From Acidobacteriota bacterium (GTDB lineage: Bacteria; Acidobacteriota; UBA6911; RPQK01; JAJDTT01), in NCBI GenBank assembly GCA_965231825.1, contig OZ246889.1, positions 4,531,692 through 4,595,691 of the forward strand: a DNA stretch of 64,000 bases. Direction: 5' to 3'. The notes beneath the pieces are model-generated. The model was given only the letters and a program-made list of their open reading frames with translations. It had not been told where the DNA came from and did no database searches. Both the position numbers and the translations under genes were made by a program. Numbering within the stretch: the first letter of the stretch is position 1; every line of letters begins with the position of its first letter. Positions 1 to 9,840 of this stretch are shown piece by piece.

Positions 1-496
1 CCCCCCGGATGCGCAGGGAATGAGTCTCGCCGCGCAGTTTGGTGACCGCCTCCGAGAGGGTGCGATACCGCTGCCGCGGCGTCATGTTCCGGGTCGTGAG
101 CTGCGACAGGGTCAGGGTGGGCAGGATCCCCGCCAGCAGGATCCGCGCCCCGTGAGTCCGGGCCAGGCCGGCCAACTCCTCGATCGATTCGTTGAGCTGG
201 CGCTCCATCTGATTCAGACAGCCGCCCCGCAACTCCAGGGGATCGAAGTTGATCTCCAGATTGAACCGCCCCAACTCGGGGGTGACGTGGGGATTCCGGT
301 TGTCCCCCAGAATTTGTGGACCCACCGGAGCCGGCTGCCAGGAGTCGTCCACCAGGAAGAGTTCCTGCTCGACGCCGATCCGCGGTGGGCCTGACTCGAT
401 CCTGCCCTGATCGAGCATCTGGCGAAGGACCCGAAGGTCATCGAGTACAGCGTCCATGAAGCTCTGCGGATTCCCCATGTCCGCCAGTTCGTCCAT
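1..496 (-). CDS. carboxylate-amine ligase / glutamate-cysteine ligase family 2 (GCS2-like), N-terminal part; gene runs off the left edge
   Basis: Own translation of the minus strand from ATG at 496 (GAGGA about 7 nt upstream): MDELADMGNPQSF...PRIGVEQELFLVDDSW...TPELGRFNLEINFDP...ARILLAGILPT. The frame is open to position 1, so it is absent from the ORF track. The GVEQELFLVD and E-x-E motifs resemble YbdK/GCS2 ligases. Confidence 0.55.
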   Translation of the reverse strand, partial: MDELADMGNPQSFMDAVLDDLRVLRQMLDQGRIESGPPRIGVEQELFLVDDSWQPAPVGPQILGDNRNPHVTPELGRFNLEINFDPLELRGGCLNQMERQLNESIEELAGLARTHGARILLAGILPTLTLSQLTTRNMTPRQRYRTLSEAVTKLRGETHSLRIRG

Positions 497-544
497 CGGT
501 AATCCTCGTTTCCGTCCGTTGGAACGGGAAAGGACGCTTCCGGG

Positions 545-2119
545 TCAATCGCCGGGACCGGAAAAGAAATCGATGTTCTTCCGCACGAGTTCCGGCGACC
601 AGATGCGAATCCGGGACAACTGCCCGGTGTCGTCGAACGAGCCCACGCCGATCCACCCTTCAGCGAACGTCTTGTCCCGGGCGCTCATGATGGGCGTGGA
701 CATGTCGTTGACGAAAACCTGAATGGAGCCGCTCTCCAGGTCGCGCCGGATCCGGACCTGGTGCCAGTCCCTCTCAGCCCAATCGTGGCCCGCGGTGGTC
801 TTGGTGGAGATCTTCACTCGCGCCTGGCCATTGACCAGAAAAATGTTGTGGGCGTGGTCGTCGGTCCGGGAAGCGATGTGGGCATAGTAGAAGTGCGCCG
901 GGTCCTGGAATCCGAAGAAGAAACAGAGATCCCGGTGACCGTATTCCCGGCCCGTCTGCCGCACCCGCAGGTCCACGACGAAGCTGCCGAATTGCTGGCG
1001 GTCGACCAGCGCGATGTTCAGGGGAGAACGGTGTGGAGGCTCGTAACGGCTCTTCCGAAAGTGCTCCAGGGCCGGCTCCCCCTGGCTTCGGCCGGAGTAG
1101 CGCCAAGCCCCCGGATCGGAGAAGACGAAGTCCCGGACAACTTCCTTGCTCCCCATGTGCTGGTTGTAGAGCAACCGGTGCCCCGCCGGCACCTCGGGCC
1201 CGGGCGCCGGCGTCAGATCCACCATCACGACCTCGGTCGTCGTGGGGAACCGATCCGGCACCGGAAGGGTGACCCGATCCCTGGCCAGCCACTCGACGCT
1301 GCGGGCGAAAATGGTCTGAAAGCCCACGCAGTGCAGCGAATTCCGGTGCTCCTGTCCGGACCAGTGATGCCCCATCAGGTTGGTGACGATCCGGCCCTGG
1401 CCGTAGGGAATGACCCAGACCAGGGGCTCGTGCTGACCGGACCCCGATTGCTTCGGGTCGGAATACGCGGAGGCCAGAACGGTCATGTCCAAGGCGGGTC
1501 CCCGCTGGCCGTGGTAGAGCTCGTCGGTGGCGTGCATCCATTCGACCGGAATTCCCTTCATGATGGGATGTTCCGGCTTCCGGATCCGAACCAGGTAGGA
1601 ATGCCGCAGCCCGTGTCCGGCGCCGATGCCGAAACCGGCCGGGATCCGCAGAAGACGGCCGCTGGCGTCGTCGACGGCGATGGCGTCGCCGTAGTCCCGG
1701 TCCCGCCATCCCAGGCCGATCATCCGGTTGTATTCGGTCCATCCTGGAAAAGCATTGTTGGCGGCGTGGATGATGGCCAGACCCCCTCCGGAGTGGACAT
1801 ACTCCTCCAACGCCTCCTGCACCGCTCTGGGCCAGGGCTGACCGTTGTAGTTGCTGACGACGACGTCGAACGCCCGGAAATCAGGCCACCAGCGACGCCA
1901 GGCGCCGGGTTCGGCTTCCTGGGGCGGGCTGGTGGCAGTGACGACATGGAACAGACCGGCACGCTCCAGTGCGCCGCGGAGCGACTCGCTGGTCTCGACC
2001 CAGTTGTGATTGTTCTGCCCGTCGAGCAGAAGAACCCGGATCTTCCCTTCCCCCCGGAGTTCACCTCCCGGAAACAGATACGCAAGGAAAATCAGGCAGC
2101 AGGTCCAGGTTCGGATCAT
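545..2119 (-). CDS. secreted ThuA-domain (trehalose-utilisation-like) protein with C-terminal concanavalin/DUF1080-like beta-sandwich
   Basis: 524-aa ORF with ATG at 2119 and a hydrophobic N-terminus (MIRTWTCCLIFLAYLF). It has KIRVLLLDGQNNHNW and IIHAANNAF ThuA-type motifs. The C-terminal ~190 aa look lectin/DUF1080-like (WHQVRIRRD...IQVFVND). Confidence 0.7.
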   Translation of the reverse strand: MIRTWTCCLIFLAYLFPGGELRGEGKIRVLLLDGQNNHNWVETSESLRGALERAGLFHVVTATSPPQEAEPGAWRRWWPDFRAFDVVVSNYNGQPWPRAVQEALEEYVHSGGGLAIIHAANNAFPGWTEYNRMIGLGWRDRDYGDAIAVDDASGRLLRIPAGFGIGAGHGLRHSYLVRIRKPEHPIMKGIPVEWMHATDELYHGQRGPALDMTVLASAYSDPKQSGSGQHEPLVWVIPYGQGRIVTNLMGHHWSGQEHRNSLHCVGFQTIFARSVEWLARDRVTLPVPDRFPTTTEVVMVDLTPAPGPEVPAGHRLLYNQHMGSKEVVRDFVFSDPGAWRYSGRSQGEPALEHFRKSRYEPPHRSPLNIALVDRQQFGSFVVDLRVRQTGREYGHRDLCFFFGFQDPAHFYYAHIASRTDDHAHNIFLVNGQARVKISTKTTAGHDWAERDWHQVRIRRDLESGSIQVFVNDMSTPIMSARDKTFAEGWIGVGSFDDTGQLSRIRIWSPELVRKNIDFFSGPGD

Positions 2120-2328
2120 GATCGGTTCCGCCTTCTGGTTTCAGGTTGTCGATCCGGCCTCGGCTCTCGGCCGGAGGCCGGCCGCGATGCTCGTTTCGGA
2201 GGGAATTGTATGGAGACACGACAGACCCGACAAGTGCCGGAACCCCACGTGTCAGCAACCGGTGAAATTGTTTGTCGATCCGGCCCATTCTGCCGGCGAT
2301 CTCGACCCGGAATCGTCGCCGCGGCGGC

Positions 2329-3663
2329 TCAGTCCGCCGCCCGTATCACCCGCACACCGCCGGATGGAGCGAATGTAATGCCGCGCCGCACCACCCGAAC
2401 CGAGTGGCGACGGTCCAACCGCAGGGCCACGCGCGACAACACGCGGGCCAGTACGATCTTCATCTCATAGCTGGCGAACGCTGCTCCGAGACAGTAGCGC
2501 ACACCGCCGCCAAACGGGAAAAACGTATAAGGATCGACCCGGCGCCCCACAAACCGGTCGGGGTTGAACGCCTCGGGCTCAGGCCACAATTCTGGTTAGC
2601 GGTGGGTGAGGTAGATGCATGGCGCCACGATACTGCCAGCCGGCAATTCATAGTTTCCGATGGACGTGTCCGTTGCCAGATGGCGGACGGCGATGGGCAA
2701 GACCGGATTGAGGCGAGCCGTCTCCTTGATGACGGAGTCCAGGTAGCTGAGTCCGGCGATCTGCTCCGCTGTCGGCCTGCACGCTTGCAGTCCGTTCCCG
2801 GTCACTGACGCCACTTCGGCGCGGGCCCTGGCCAGGACCTGCGGGTTCTGCAACAAGCGGTAGATTGCCCACGCCAGCGAGGTGGCCGCCGTTTCGTGCC
2901 CGGCCACCAGCATGGTGATGATTTCATCCCGGATTTCCTCGTCACTCATGGGGCGGCCATCTTCGTCGCGCGCGGCGACCAGCATGGCCAGGATGTCGGT
3001 CCGTTCCTCTTGCGTTGACTCTTTGCAACGGGCGATCTGGTCGAACAAAAACCGGTCGATGTGGCGCTGTTGATTGTGGCGAAGTTGGATATGGCGGGGT
3101 TGGATAAGGCCGGCCCAGGTCGTGAGCGGCCCCGAGATGAAGTTCAACCAGCGGATCACTCGCGTGCGCAACTCCGACAGTGGCGCACCATCATCCACGC
3201 CGAAAACGGTGCGCAGAATGATTTCCAGGGTGATTTCCTGCAGATGCGAGTGAACCGGGAAAGACGTTTCGAAGGGCCAGGAATCGATCGATCGATCGGC
3301 AATCTCGTACATCATGTCGCCGTACAGACGCATGCGTTCCCCGTGGAACGGCGGCATCAGCAACTTGCGTTCCCGTTTGTGCCGGGCGCCGTCGAGCACC
3401 AATATCGAGTTGGGGCCCAGGACGTGTTCCAGGCCCACCCTGTTGGCCTGTCCGGCCCGCAGGCGTTCGGGGTCGCCGGAAAAGACTTGCTTGACGGCTG
3501 CGGGATCGCTGAAAAAGGCGATCGGGGGAGCGCCGATCAGGCGGAGGGTGAAAGCGTCTCCGTAGGCCTCGGCACATTTCCGCAGGAATGGAACGGGCCG
3601 AAAGATCCATTGGCACATCTGGAAGAAGCGGGGGACTCGCGGTCCAGGCGGCAACTCGGGCAT
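2329..3663 (-). pseudogene. cytochrome P450 interrupted by one in-frame TAA (2596-2598)
   Basis: ORFs 2596..3663 (355 aa) and 2329..2589 (86 aa) are in the same frame (1335 nt = 445 codons). The junction reads ...YLTHR-TAA-PELWPEPEAFNPDRF, followed by the heme loop FPFGGGVRYCLG. This is the canonical P450 layout with a stop where D/E normally sits. Confidence 0.85.
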
Positions 3664-3927
3664 GAAACCAGTCTAAACGACCAACCCAATATATCGTTCG
3701 CAAATTCTTCCATTCTTCGTTTCTGGAGCCTCCGGTTCGACGGTCCATCAATACAGGGTCCACCCAGGGTCGATACCGCCTGACTCGCCCCGTCAGTCAT
3801 CCAGCGGACACCGGGGCGCAGGAGTCCCACCGAACGCCGGTGAGGGGCCGGGCATACCAGGCGATTCTTCGCTATTCTTAATCCTGAGAATCGGGACGCC
3901 GGAAGTGCCGAAACTGGAGATGTTCAA

Positions 3928-5526
3928 ATGAAACCGCCAATCGACCACCACGTCGACCTGACTGATCACGACATCCAGGTCCGGAGGGTCCTGCGCAACA
4001 TCGCGCCGGCCCAACTTTACGAGGAGGCCCTCAAGTACGACCGGGGTTCGGCGATTGCCGATTCCGGAGCCTTGATCATCTCATCGGGCGCCAAGACGGG
4101 ACGCAGCCCGGGCGACAAGCGGGTCGCCGTTCATCCGGATTCGAAAGACCGGATCTGGTGGGGTTCCGTCAATGTCCCCCTCCAGGAGAACAACTTCCTC
4201 ATCAATCTGGAGCGGGCCGTCGACTACCTCAACACGCGCCCGCGGCTTTACGTCACCGACGGCTACGCCGGCTGGGATTCTCGCTACCGCCTCAAGATCC
4301 GGGTCATCTGCACTCGCGCCTACCACGCCCTGTTCATGTACAACATGTTGATCCGGCCCTCGGAGAATGAGTTGGCAGAGTTCGGCGAACCGGACTTCAT
4401 GATCTACAACGCCGGCCATTTTCCGGCCAACCGCCACACCGCGGAAATGACCTCCAAGACCAGCATCGACCTGAGCTTCGAACGCCGGGAGATGGTGATC
4501 CTGGGAACCGAGTACGCCGGGGAGATGAAGAAGGGCGTCTTCACCGTCATGCACTACTTGATGCCCAACGCGGGGCAGCTCTCGATGCACTGTTCGGCCA
4601 ACACGTCCGCCGAGCTGGACAACGTCGCCCTCTTCTTCGGCCTTTCCGGAACGGGCAAGACCACCCTCTCGGCCGACCCGCGCCGCCGCCTCGTGGGGGA
4701 CGACGAGCACGTCTGGAGTGATCGCGGCGTCTTCAACATCGAGGGGGGCTGCTACGCCAAGTGCATCGGCCTCACTGAGGAAAATGAACCCGAGATCTAC
4801 CGGTCCATCCGCTACGGCACCGTTCTGGAAAACGTGGTCTATGATCCGGACCGGCGTCAGGTCGATTACGACGACAACTCCATCACCGAGAACACGCGTG
4901 CCGCCTACCCCATCGAGTTCATCCCCAATGCGGTGATCCCGTGCCAGGTCGGGCATCCGAGAAACATCATCTTCCTGACATGCGACGCCTTTGGCGTGCT
5001 TCCTCCCGTCAGCCGCCTGACTCCGGACCAGGCCATGTACCACTTCATCAGCGGTTACACCGCCAAGGTGGCGGGGACCGAGGTGGGGGTCACCGAACCC
5101 AGCGCCACCTTCTCGGCCTGTTTCGGTGCGGCGTTTCTGGCGCTGCACCCCAGCCGTTATGCCGAACTGATGGGTGAGAAGATCCAGCGGCACCAATCCC
5201 GGGTCTGGCTGGTGAACACCGGTTGGTCAGGAGGCCCCTACGGCATGGGGAGCCGGTTCTCGCTCCCCCACACGCGGGCCATCATCGACGGGATCCACGA
5301 CGGCAGTCTGGACGAGGCGCCGGCAGTGCGGGACAGGCACTTCGGAATCGACATGATCACCGAGTGTCCGGGGGTTCCCGGCGAGCTGATGGTGCCGGAG
5401 CGGACCTGGTCGGACCGGGGAGCGTACCGCAGAAAGGCACGGGAAGTGGCGGGACTCTTCAAGGCCAACTTCAAGAATTTCGAGCAGGGGACTTCCGCCG
5501 GCATCCGGCAGGCGGGTCCGGCATAG
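3928..5526 (+). CDS. pckA: phosphoenolpyruvate carboxykinase (ATP)
   Basis: 532-aa ORF with the ATP-PEPCK kinase-1a motif GLSGTGKTTLSADP, followed by LVGDDEHVW and NIEGGCYAK. Full length with an ATG start. Confidence 0.95.
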   Translation: MKPPIDHHVDLTDHDIQVRRVLRNIAPAQLYEEALKYDRGSAIADSGALIISSGAKTGRSPGDKRVAVHPDSKDRIWWGSVNVPLQENNFLINLERAVDYLNTRPRLYVTDGYAGWDSRYRLKIRVICTRAYHALFMYNMLIRPSENELAEFGEPDFMIYNAGHFPANRHTAEMTSKTSIDLSFERREMVILGTEYAGEMKKGVFTVMHYLMPNAGQLSMHCSANTSAELDNVALFFGLSGTGKTTLSADPRRRLVGDDEHVWSDRGVFNIEGGCYAKCIGLTEENEPEIYRSIRYGTVLENVVYDPDRRQVDYDDNSITENTRAAYPIEFIPNAVIPCQVGHPRNIIFLTCDAFGVLPPVSRLTPDQAMYHFISGYTAKVAGTEVGVTEPSATFSACFGAAFLALHPSRYAELMGEKIQRHQSRVWLVNTGWSGGPYGMGSRFSLPHTRAIIDGIHDGSLDEAPAVRDRHFGIDMITECPGVPGELMVPERTWSDRGAYRRKAREVAGLFKANFKNFEQGTSAGIRQAGPA

Positions 5527-5625
5527 GAGCGGCGATCTCCTAGTCGCCGACAGGAGCGGCGGTTTCCAACCGCCGAGTTCCGAACGAAGCACGGGGGAAT
5601 GGGCGACTGGAAGTCGCCCCTCCAA
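5526..5625. repeat. REP-like three-hairpin element (type A) between convergent genes
   Basis: Hairpins are CGGCGA-TCTCCTAG-TCGCCG (5530-5549), CGGCGGTT-TCC-AACCGCCG (5557-5575) and GGGCGAC-TGGAA-GTCGCCC (5601-5619). The same order and orientation recur at 21004-21108. The element lies between the pckA stop and the stop of the minus-strand NHL gene. Confidence 0.75.
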
Positions 5626-5632
5626 TCCCCTG

Positions 5633-6658
5633 CTAGTTCAGGCGCACCATCCGCTGGACCCGCTGGCCCTGGATGTCGCACAGGTAGACGTCGCCCCGGG
5701 AGTCGACGGCGACGGCATGGACCCAGTTCAATGAACCCGGATCCGGATCCGGCTCCCCGATCTTGCCCAAGGGAAAGGTCCAGTGCTCCAGGACCCGGCC
5801 TTCCGTATTGAGCTTCATGAGGAGCTGGTCTTTGGGAGGAGCCCCCAGGCGGCCACCGCTCCCCCAGCGCATGGGTGAGGACCCGCAGACGTAGATGTCG
5901 TCGGTCTCGGTGACCCAGATTCCCCAGGGCACCATGAGATTCCGCCACTCGGCCAGAAATCGACCGCTTTGATCGAACACCTGGACCCGGGCGTTGCTGC
6001 GGTCCGCCACGTAGAGGCGGCCCTTGGAGTCGACGACGATGCCGTGGGGCGTGTCGAACTCTCCCGGAGCGGTTCCCAGCTTGCCCCAGGTCTTGACGAA
6101 GCGTCCTTGGGCGTCGAAGTGCACGACCCGGCTGTTGCCGTAACCGTCGGTGACGAAAATGTCGCCGGCGGGCGTGATGGCCATATCGGTGGGACGGTTG
6201 AAGTGACGGTCATCCTCACCCGGCTCGCCGGGCGTCCCGAGCGTCATGAGCCGCTCACCCTCGGGCGTGTACTTGTAGACGGTGTGGGCGCCCGCATCCG
6301 ACAGCCAGATGTTGCCCTGCGGACCGATCTTCATATGGTGGCCGCTCTTGAAGCTCGCGTTGTCCCAGGATCGGACCAGGGATCCGTCCCGGTCGAAGAC
6401 CTGGACCGGTGTCTTGCCTCGATGGAAGATCCAGACTTGGTCCTGGGCGTCGACGGCCAGACCGGGCATCTGTCCCCATTCCTGACCGGCCGGTTTGCGA
6501 GGCCAGTCCGGATCGACCTGGTATCCGACGGCCAGGTTGACCTTGTCGGGAGCCGCAGCGCTCCCGGAAATGGTTCCGCCGGACCCGGTCAGAAACCAGG
6601 AAAGGCCCAAAATGCTCCCCAGGGCGATGGCCTGCACCATGAGATATCTTCGGTTCAT
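5633..6658 (-). CDS. NHL-repeat six-bladed beta-propeller protein (secreted)
   Basis: 341-aa ORF with a signal-like N-terminus. Blades repeat the pattern G.F..P.G(I/M)AVD..G..YV.D..N.RVQVF, which is typical of NHL repeats. Confidence 0.75.
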   Translation of the reverse strand: MNRRYLMVQAIALGSILGLSWFLTGSGGTISGSAAAPDKVNLAVGYQVDPDWPRKPAGQEWGQMPGLAVDAQDQVWIFHRGKTPVQVFDRDGSLVRSWDNASFKSGHHMKIGPQGNIWLSDAGAHTVYKYTPEGERLMTLGTPGEPGEDDRHFNRPTDMAITPAGDIFVTDGYGNSRVVHFDAQGRFVKTWGKLGTAPGEFDTPHGIVVDSKGRLYVADRSNARVQVFDQSGRFLAEWRNLMVPWGIWVTETDDIYVCGSSPMRWGSGGRLGAPPKDQLLMKLNTEGRVLEHWTFPLGKIGEPDPDPGSLNWVHAVAVDSRGDVYLCDIQGQRVQRMVRLN

Positions 6659-6682
6659 ACTTCTTCCCTCCCAGGAGCCCGG

Positions 6683-7429
6683 TCACAATTTCTTGAGCCG
6701 GATGTCCTTGAACTCCACGTGGACTCCCGGATCGTGCAGTTGCAATGCAATTCCACCCTTCTCCAGGCGCCCGGACTCGGCGTTGTCGGTGAATTCGGAC
6801 GACAGCTTGCCGTTGATGAAAAACCGGCAGTGGTTGCCGCGAGCGATGATATGGACCCGATTCCATTCGGGACGGCGATTCATGTCAACCAGTGTCAGCG
6901 GATCTTCGAGGTCGGTCAACTGCGGCGTCTCGTCGGCGCCGATGACCAGCCGGGTTCCCCGGGGATTGCCGGGTTCGGGGCGGGAGCCGAAGTGGAAATC
7001 CCAGGAGCCCAGTATGTTCTTTCCAATGCCCACGTGACCCAGGTCGGCGTGGTAGCTCTCAAAGGCGCGCTTTCCGGTGACGTCCGGCCGGGACCGGATG
7101 TCGATGCCGGTGTTGGCCTCCGTCAACAGCCGGTAGCTCAGCTTGAGCTCGAAGTCGCGCAGATCCTGGTCCTTCCAGAGCAGGTACGAAGACCTTCCCT
7201 GGCAGATTCCGACCAGTCGACCATCCCTAACGGACCAGTCCCGGCTCGTCCCTCCCCCGGCGGGCCGCCAACCCTCAAGGCTCTCGCCGTCGAAGATGGA
7301 CACGAAACCGGTCTCCTCGCCGGAGGCCGGACTGCCGCATCCGCAGAGCAGGACAACGCCCAGGAGCGTCAGAATCGAGCGGTGGACCAAGCGAGTCCAA
7401 TCGCGGTTGCGGCCGGGACCAGAATTCAT
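6683..7429 (-). CDS. DUF1080 (3-keto-disaccharide hydrolase-like) lipoprotein
   Basis: 248-aa ORF with a lipobox-like LLCGCGS. FVSIFDGESLEGWRP...WSVRDGRLVG...FKDIRLKKL matches the DUF1080 pattern. Its start overlaps the upstream gene's stop (ATGA at 7426-7429). Confidence 0.75.
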   Translation of the reverse strand: MNSGPGRNRDWTRLVHRSILTLLGVVLLCGCGSPASGEETGFVSIFDGESLEGWRPAGGGTSRDWSVRDGRLVGICQGRSSYLLWKDQDLRDFELKLSYRLLTEANTGIDIRSRPDVTGKRAFESYHADLGHVGIGKNILGSWDFHFGSRPEPGNPRGTRLVIGADETPQLTDLEDPLTLVDMNRRPEWNRVHIIARGNHCRFFINGKLSSEFTDNAESGRLEKGGIALQLHDPGVHVEFKDIRLKKL

Positions 7430-8160
7430 TCGCCGCCGTCTTCCTGCTTCTCCCCGTAAGCGTGGCGGCTGAAAATCTCCCGGATCTCGGCGGCGCTGCC
7501 CGCCGCCTGCAATCGTGCCATTCGCGATTCCTCTTCCTTCTGCATGGCCCGGACGTTCATCAGCACCGCCTCGAGCTTGTCCGCCGGGAACTTGCAGGCG
7601 CCGTTTTCGTCCATGTGAATGAGCTCGCCGGGCGAGACGTCCATGCCCGCCACCGTCACCGGAACGTTGACGGCGTGGAGGGCCATGGGGCCGTGGCCGG
7701 GGGTGGCCCCGCTGAGCAGATATTGGAACTCCATGGGCCGGATCTCGTCCAGGTCTCGGGACGGACCGTTGGAGATGGCTCCCACGCAGCCGATGGCCTT
7801 GAGGGCGGAGGTCATATTGCCTCCCGACAGGCCCACCTTGCCGGCGATTTCGGGCGGGAAATTCTGCTGAAAGATCAAGACGGTGGGCTGCTCGGACGCC
7901 TCCATGGCCTCCAGAACGTCGATGAAGGTCAGTTCCTTGTAGGTGGGATCGGGGAGCCCGTAGATGCAGGTGACGGCGTAGCCCACGGTCCGGCCCAATT
8001 CAGGGTACATGCAACGGATCGACTGGTCGGTGTACCAGTTCGTGGTCCAGGGATTGTAGAGCCCCAGGCACAAGGGGTCGTCGGGATAGGTGGCCACCAC
8101 GTTGGTGATGGAGGGAGTGTCGAAGTTCTTCAGTTCTTCCAGCATTTCAGATCGGTTCAT
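7426..8160 (-). CDS. RraA-family protein (RraA / HMG-CHA aldolase-like)
   Basis: The ORF track gives 7426..8475. I place the start at ATG 8160 (MNRSEML), which has AAGGA upstream. The upstream 105 codons are Arg-rich junk. The core GGNMTSALKAIGCVGAISNGPSRDLDEI...VPVTVAGMDVSPGELIHMDENGA fits the RraA fold. Confidence 0.7.
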   Translation of the reverse strand: MNRSEMLEELKNFDTPSITNVVATYPDDPLCLGLYNPWTTNWYTDQSIRCMYPELGRTVGYAVTCIYGLPDPTYKELTFIDVLEAMEASEQPTVLIFQQNFPPEIAGKVGLSGGNMTSALKAIGCVGAISNGPSRDLDEIRPMEFQYLLSGATPGHGPMALHAVNVPVTVAGMDVSPGELIHMDENGACKFPADKLEAVLMNVRAMQKEEESRMARLQAAGSAAEIREIFSRHAYGEKQEDGGE

Positions 8161-8356
8161 GTCCTGTTCCTTTCGCGCCCATGTCATCGTGCGTCGGCGC
8201 CGGGTCCGCGGCCGTGTGCGGCGCCGGGTCCATATCATCACAGATGAACCGGGTTGTTGAAAGTGCTGGAAGCAGGCTAGCGGTGTAGACTGGCCGCGAC
8301 CAGCCGAGCCCCTCGGGTGAACAGCAATCGGATCCGGGAGAAGTTGGGGGAATCCC

Positions 8357-9103
8357 ATGGAGATCGTTCGAGAGAAAGACAAAGCCGCGACCAGCCGAGC
8401 CGCTGCCACCAGGGCTTCGTCCAAGCTGCGGCAGGCCATCGACCGGCAGGGGTCCGCCAGGTTCTGCGTGGCCACGGGGAGTTCGCAGTTCGACTTCCTG
8501 GCGGCACTGACCGCGGATCGATCGATCGACTGGTCCCGGACGACCTTGTTTCACCTGGACGAGTACACCGGGATCTCCGAGACCCACCCTGCCAGCTTCC
8601 GCCGCTATCTCCGGGAACGCCTGGTGGATCGCGTGCATCCGGGAGAGGTGCACTTCATCCGTGGCGAGGCGCCCGACCCCCAGGCCGAGTGCAATCGTGT
8701 CTCAATCCTCATCCAAGAGGGCCCGATCGACGTTGCCTTCATCGGCATCGGAGAGAACGGCCATCTGGCCTTCAACGATCCTCCTGCTGATTTCAAGACC
8801 GACGAACCTTATATCCTGGTCACCCTGGACACCGCCTGCCGCCAGCAGCAGGTTTCCGAGGGGTGGTTCGCCAGCATCGACAAGGTGCCGGCCCAGGCGG
8901 TCTCCATGTCCATCCGCCAGATTCTGAGCGCCAGATCCATCGTCTGCACCGTTCCCGGCATCCGCAAGGCCGAAGCGGTCCGATCCTGCGTGGAGGGCGA
9001 AGTCACCCCGCTGCACCCATCCTCCATCCTTCAGACTCACGCCGATTGCCATCTCTATCTGGACCGGGATTCGGCGTCGCTCCTGGGAACCGCCTCCGGC
9101 TGA
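8357..9103 (+). CDS. nagB: glucosamine-6-phosphate deaminase/isomerase family protein
   Basis: 248-aa ORF. VATGSSQ, FHLDEYTG and GIGENGHLAFNDPP are NagB/6-phosphogluconolactonase-superfamily motifs, closest to NagB. Confidence 0.8.
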   Translation: MEIVREKDKAATSRAAATRASSKLRQAIDRQGSARFCVATGSSQFDFLAALTADRSIDWSRTTLFHLDEYTGISETHPASFRRYLRERLVDRVHPGEVHFIRGEAPDPQAECNRVSILIQEGPIDVAFIGIGENGHLAFNDPPADFKTDEPYILVTLDTACRQQQVSEGWFASIDKVPAQAVSMSIRQILSARSIVCTVPGIRKAEAVRSCVEGEVTPLHPSSILQTHADCHLYLDRDSASLLGTASG

Positions 9104-9327
9104 GGGTCCCGAGTCTGCAAAAACCTTCACCACGGGCCATCCGGTAGAATGGATCGCAGTTCCGAGTAAATCGCTGGTTCCGACTGGACAGCCGGAGAAT
9201 CGGTTGCAGATTCTTGAACTCCTTCGTTTCCTGGTATGTAGGCAGGGATTGACGGGACGCCTGCCGGGAGTCGGGACGGATACCGAGGTCGAAGATCCGC
9301 GACTCCAAATCGACGTTCGGAGAAGGC

Positions 9328-9798
9328 TTGAAGCGCCTCCGTCACCGGGTGGAGAAGGAATCGGTGAGGTACAGAGAGTCGATCTGGAGCGTTCCGGCGA
9401 CTTGGCGGGACGCCTACTTCAAACTTTTTGTGGCTCTCGTTATAGTGACCACGGCTCTGGTCGTTTGGCACGAGTTGGCCAGTGGGACGACGGTCGGCAA
9501 CCTGGAGACGTTCCTGGCCATCGTGCGAGGCCTGTCTCCCGTGGTCGTCGTGGTCGCTGCCTGGAGCGTGGTTTCCGTGGAGGTGGGAAGAATGTTTTCG
9601 GAATGGTATCTGAATCGACGTTACGCCAAGGGGCTCGCCAAGGGACGTGTTGAGGGGCGCGCTGAGGGGCGTTCCAGAGAGCGCAAGCGCTGGGAATCTT
9701 GGAACCGCGCCCGCATGGCCGCCGAGGAACGAGGGAACAGTTTCACGGAACTACCTCCGGCAGCCGCTGACGATCATCAGACCGGTGAGCGCGCGTGA
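9328..9798 (+). CDS. hypothetical two-TM membrane protein with charged EGRAEGR-type C-terminal tail
   Basis: 156-aa ORF (TTG start in the ORF track; start uncertain). It has two hydrophobic segments, then GRMFSEWYLNRRYAKGLAKGRVEGRAEGRSRERKRWESWNRARM... The tail is duplicated downstream. Confidence 0.5.
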   Translation: MKRLRHRVEKESVRYRESIWSVPATWRDAYFKLFVALVIVTTALVVWHELASGTTVGNLETFLAIVRGLSPVVVVVAAWSVVSVEVGRMFSEWYLNRRYAKGLAKGRVEGRAEGRSRERKRWESWNRARMAAEERGNSFTELPPAAADDHQTGERA

Positions 9799-9840
9799 AA
9801 AATTCGCCGGTTCCTGACTGGCTCTGAAATACGGACAGGG

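Noticed and set aside
761-2470. Long ORFs antisense to clear genes. Examples: 761..2470 (+), 17847..19895 (-), 35668..37527 (+), 38684..40921 (+), 48320..50374 (-), 51013..52689 (-), 25971..26960 (+)
   Set aside because: These are typical high-GC shadow ORFs. Their composition is Arg/Gly/Pro/Ala-rich and they have no recognisable motifs. In every case the opposite strand encodes a protein with strong family signatures.
2596-2598. Stop-codon recoding (readthrough, Sec/Pyl or genetic-code change) as the explanation for the in-frame TAA here and the TAG at 31414-31416
   Set aside because: Sec uses TGA, and no Pyl machinery or context was seen. Both TAA and TAG terminate many well-supported genes in this window at the expected positions. 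Mutation or sequencing error is the simpler explanation.
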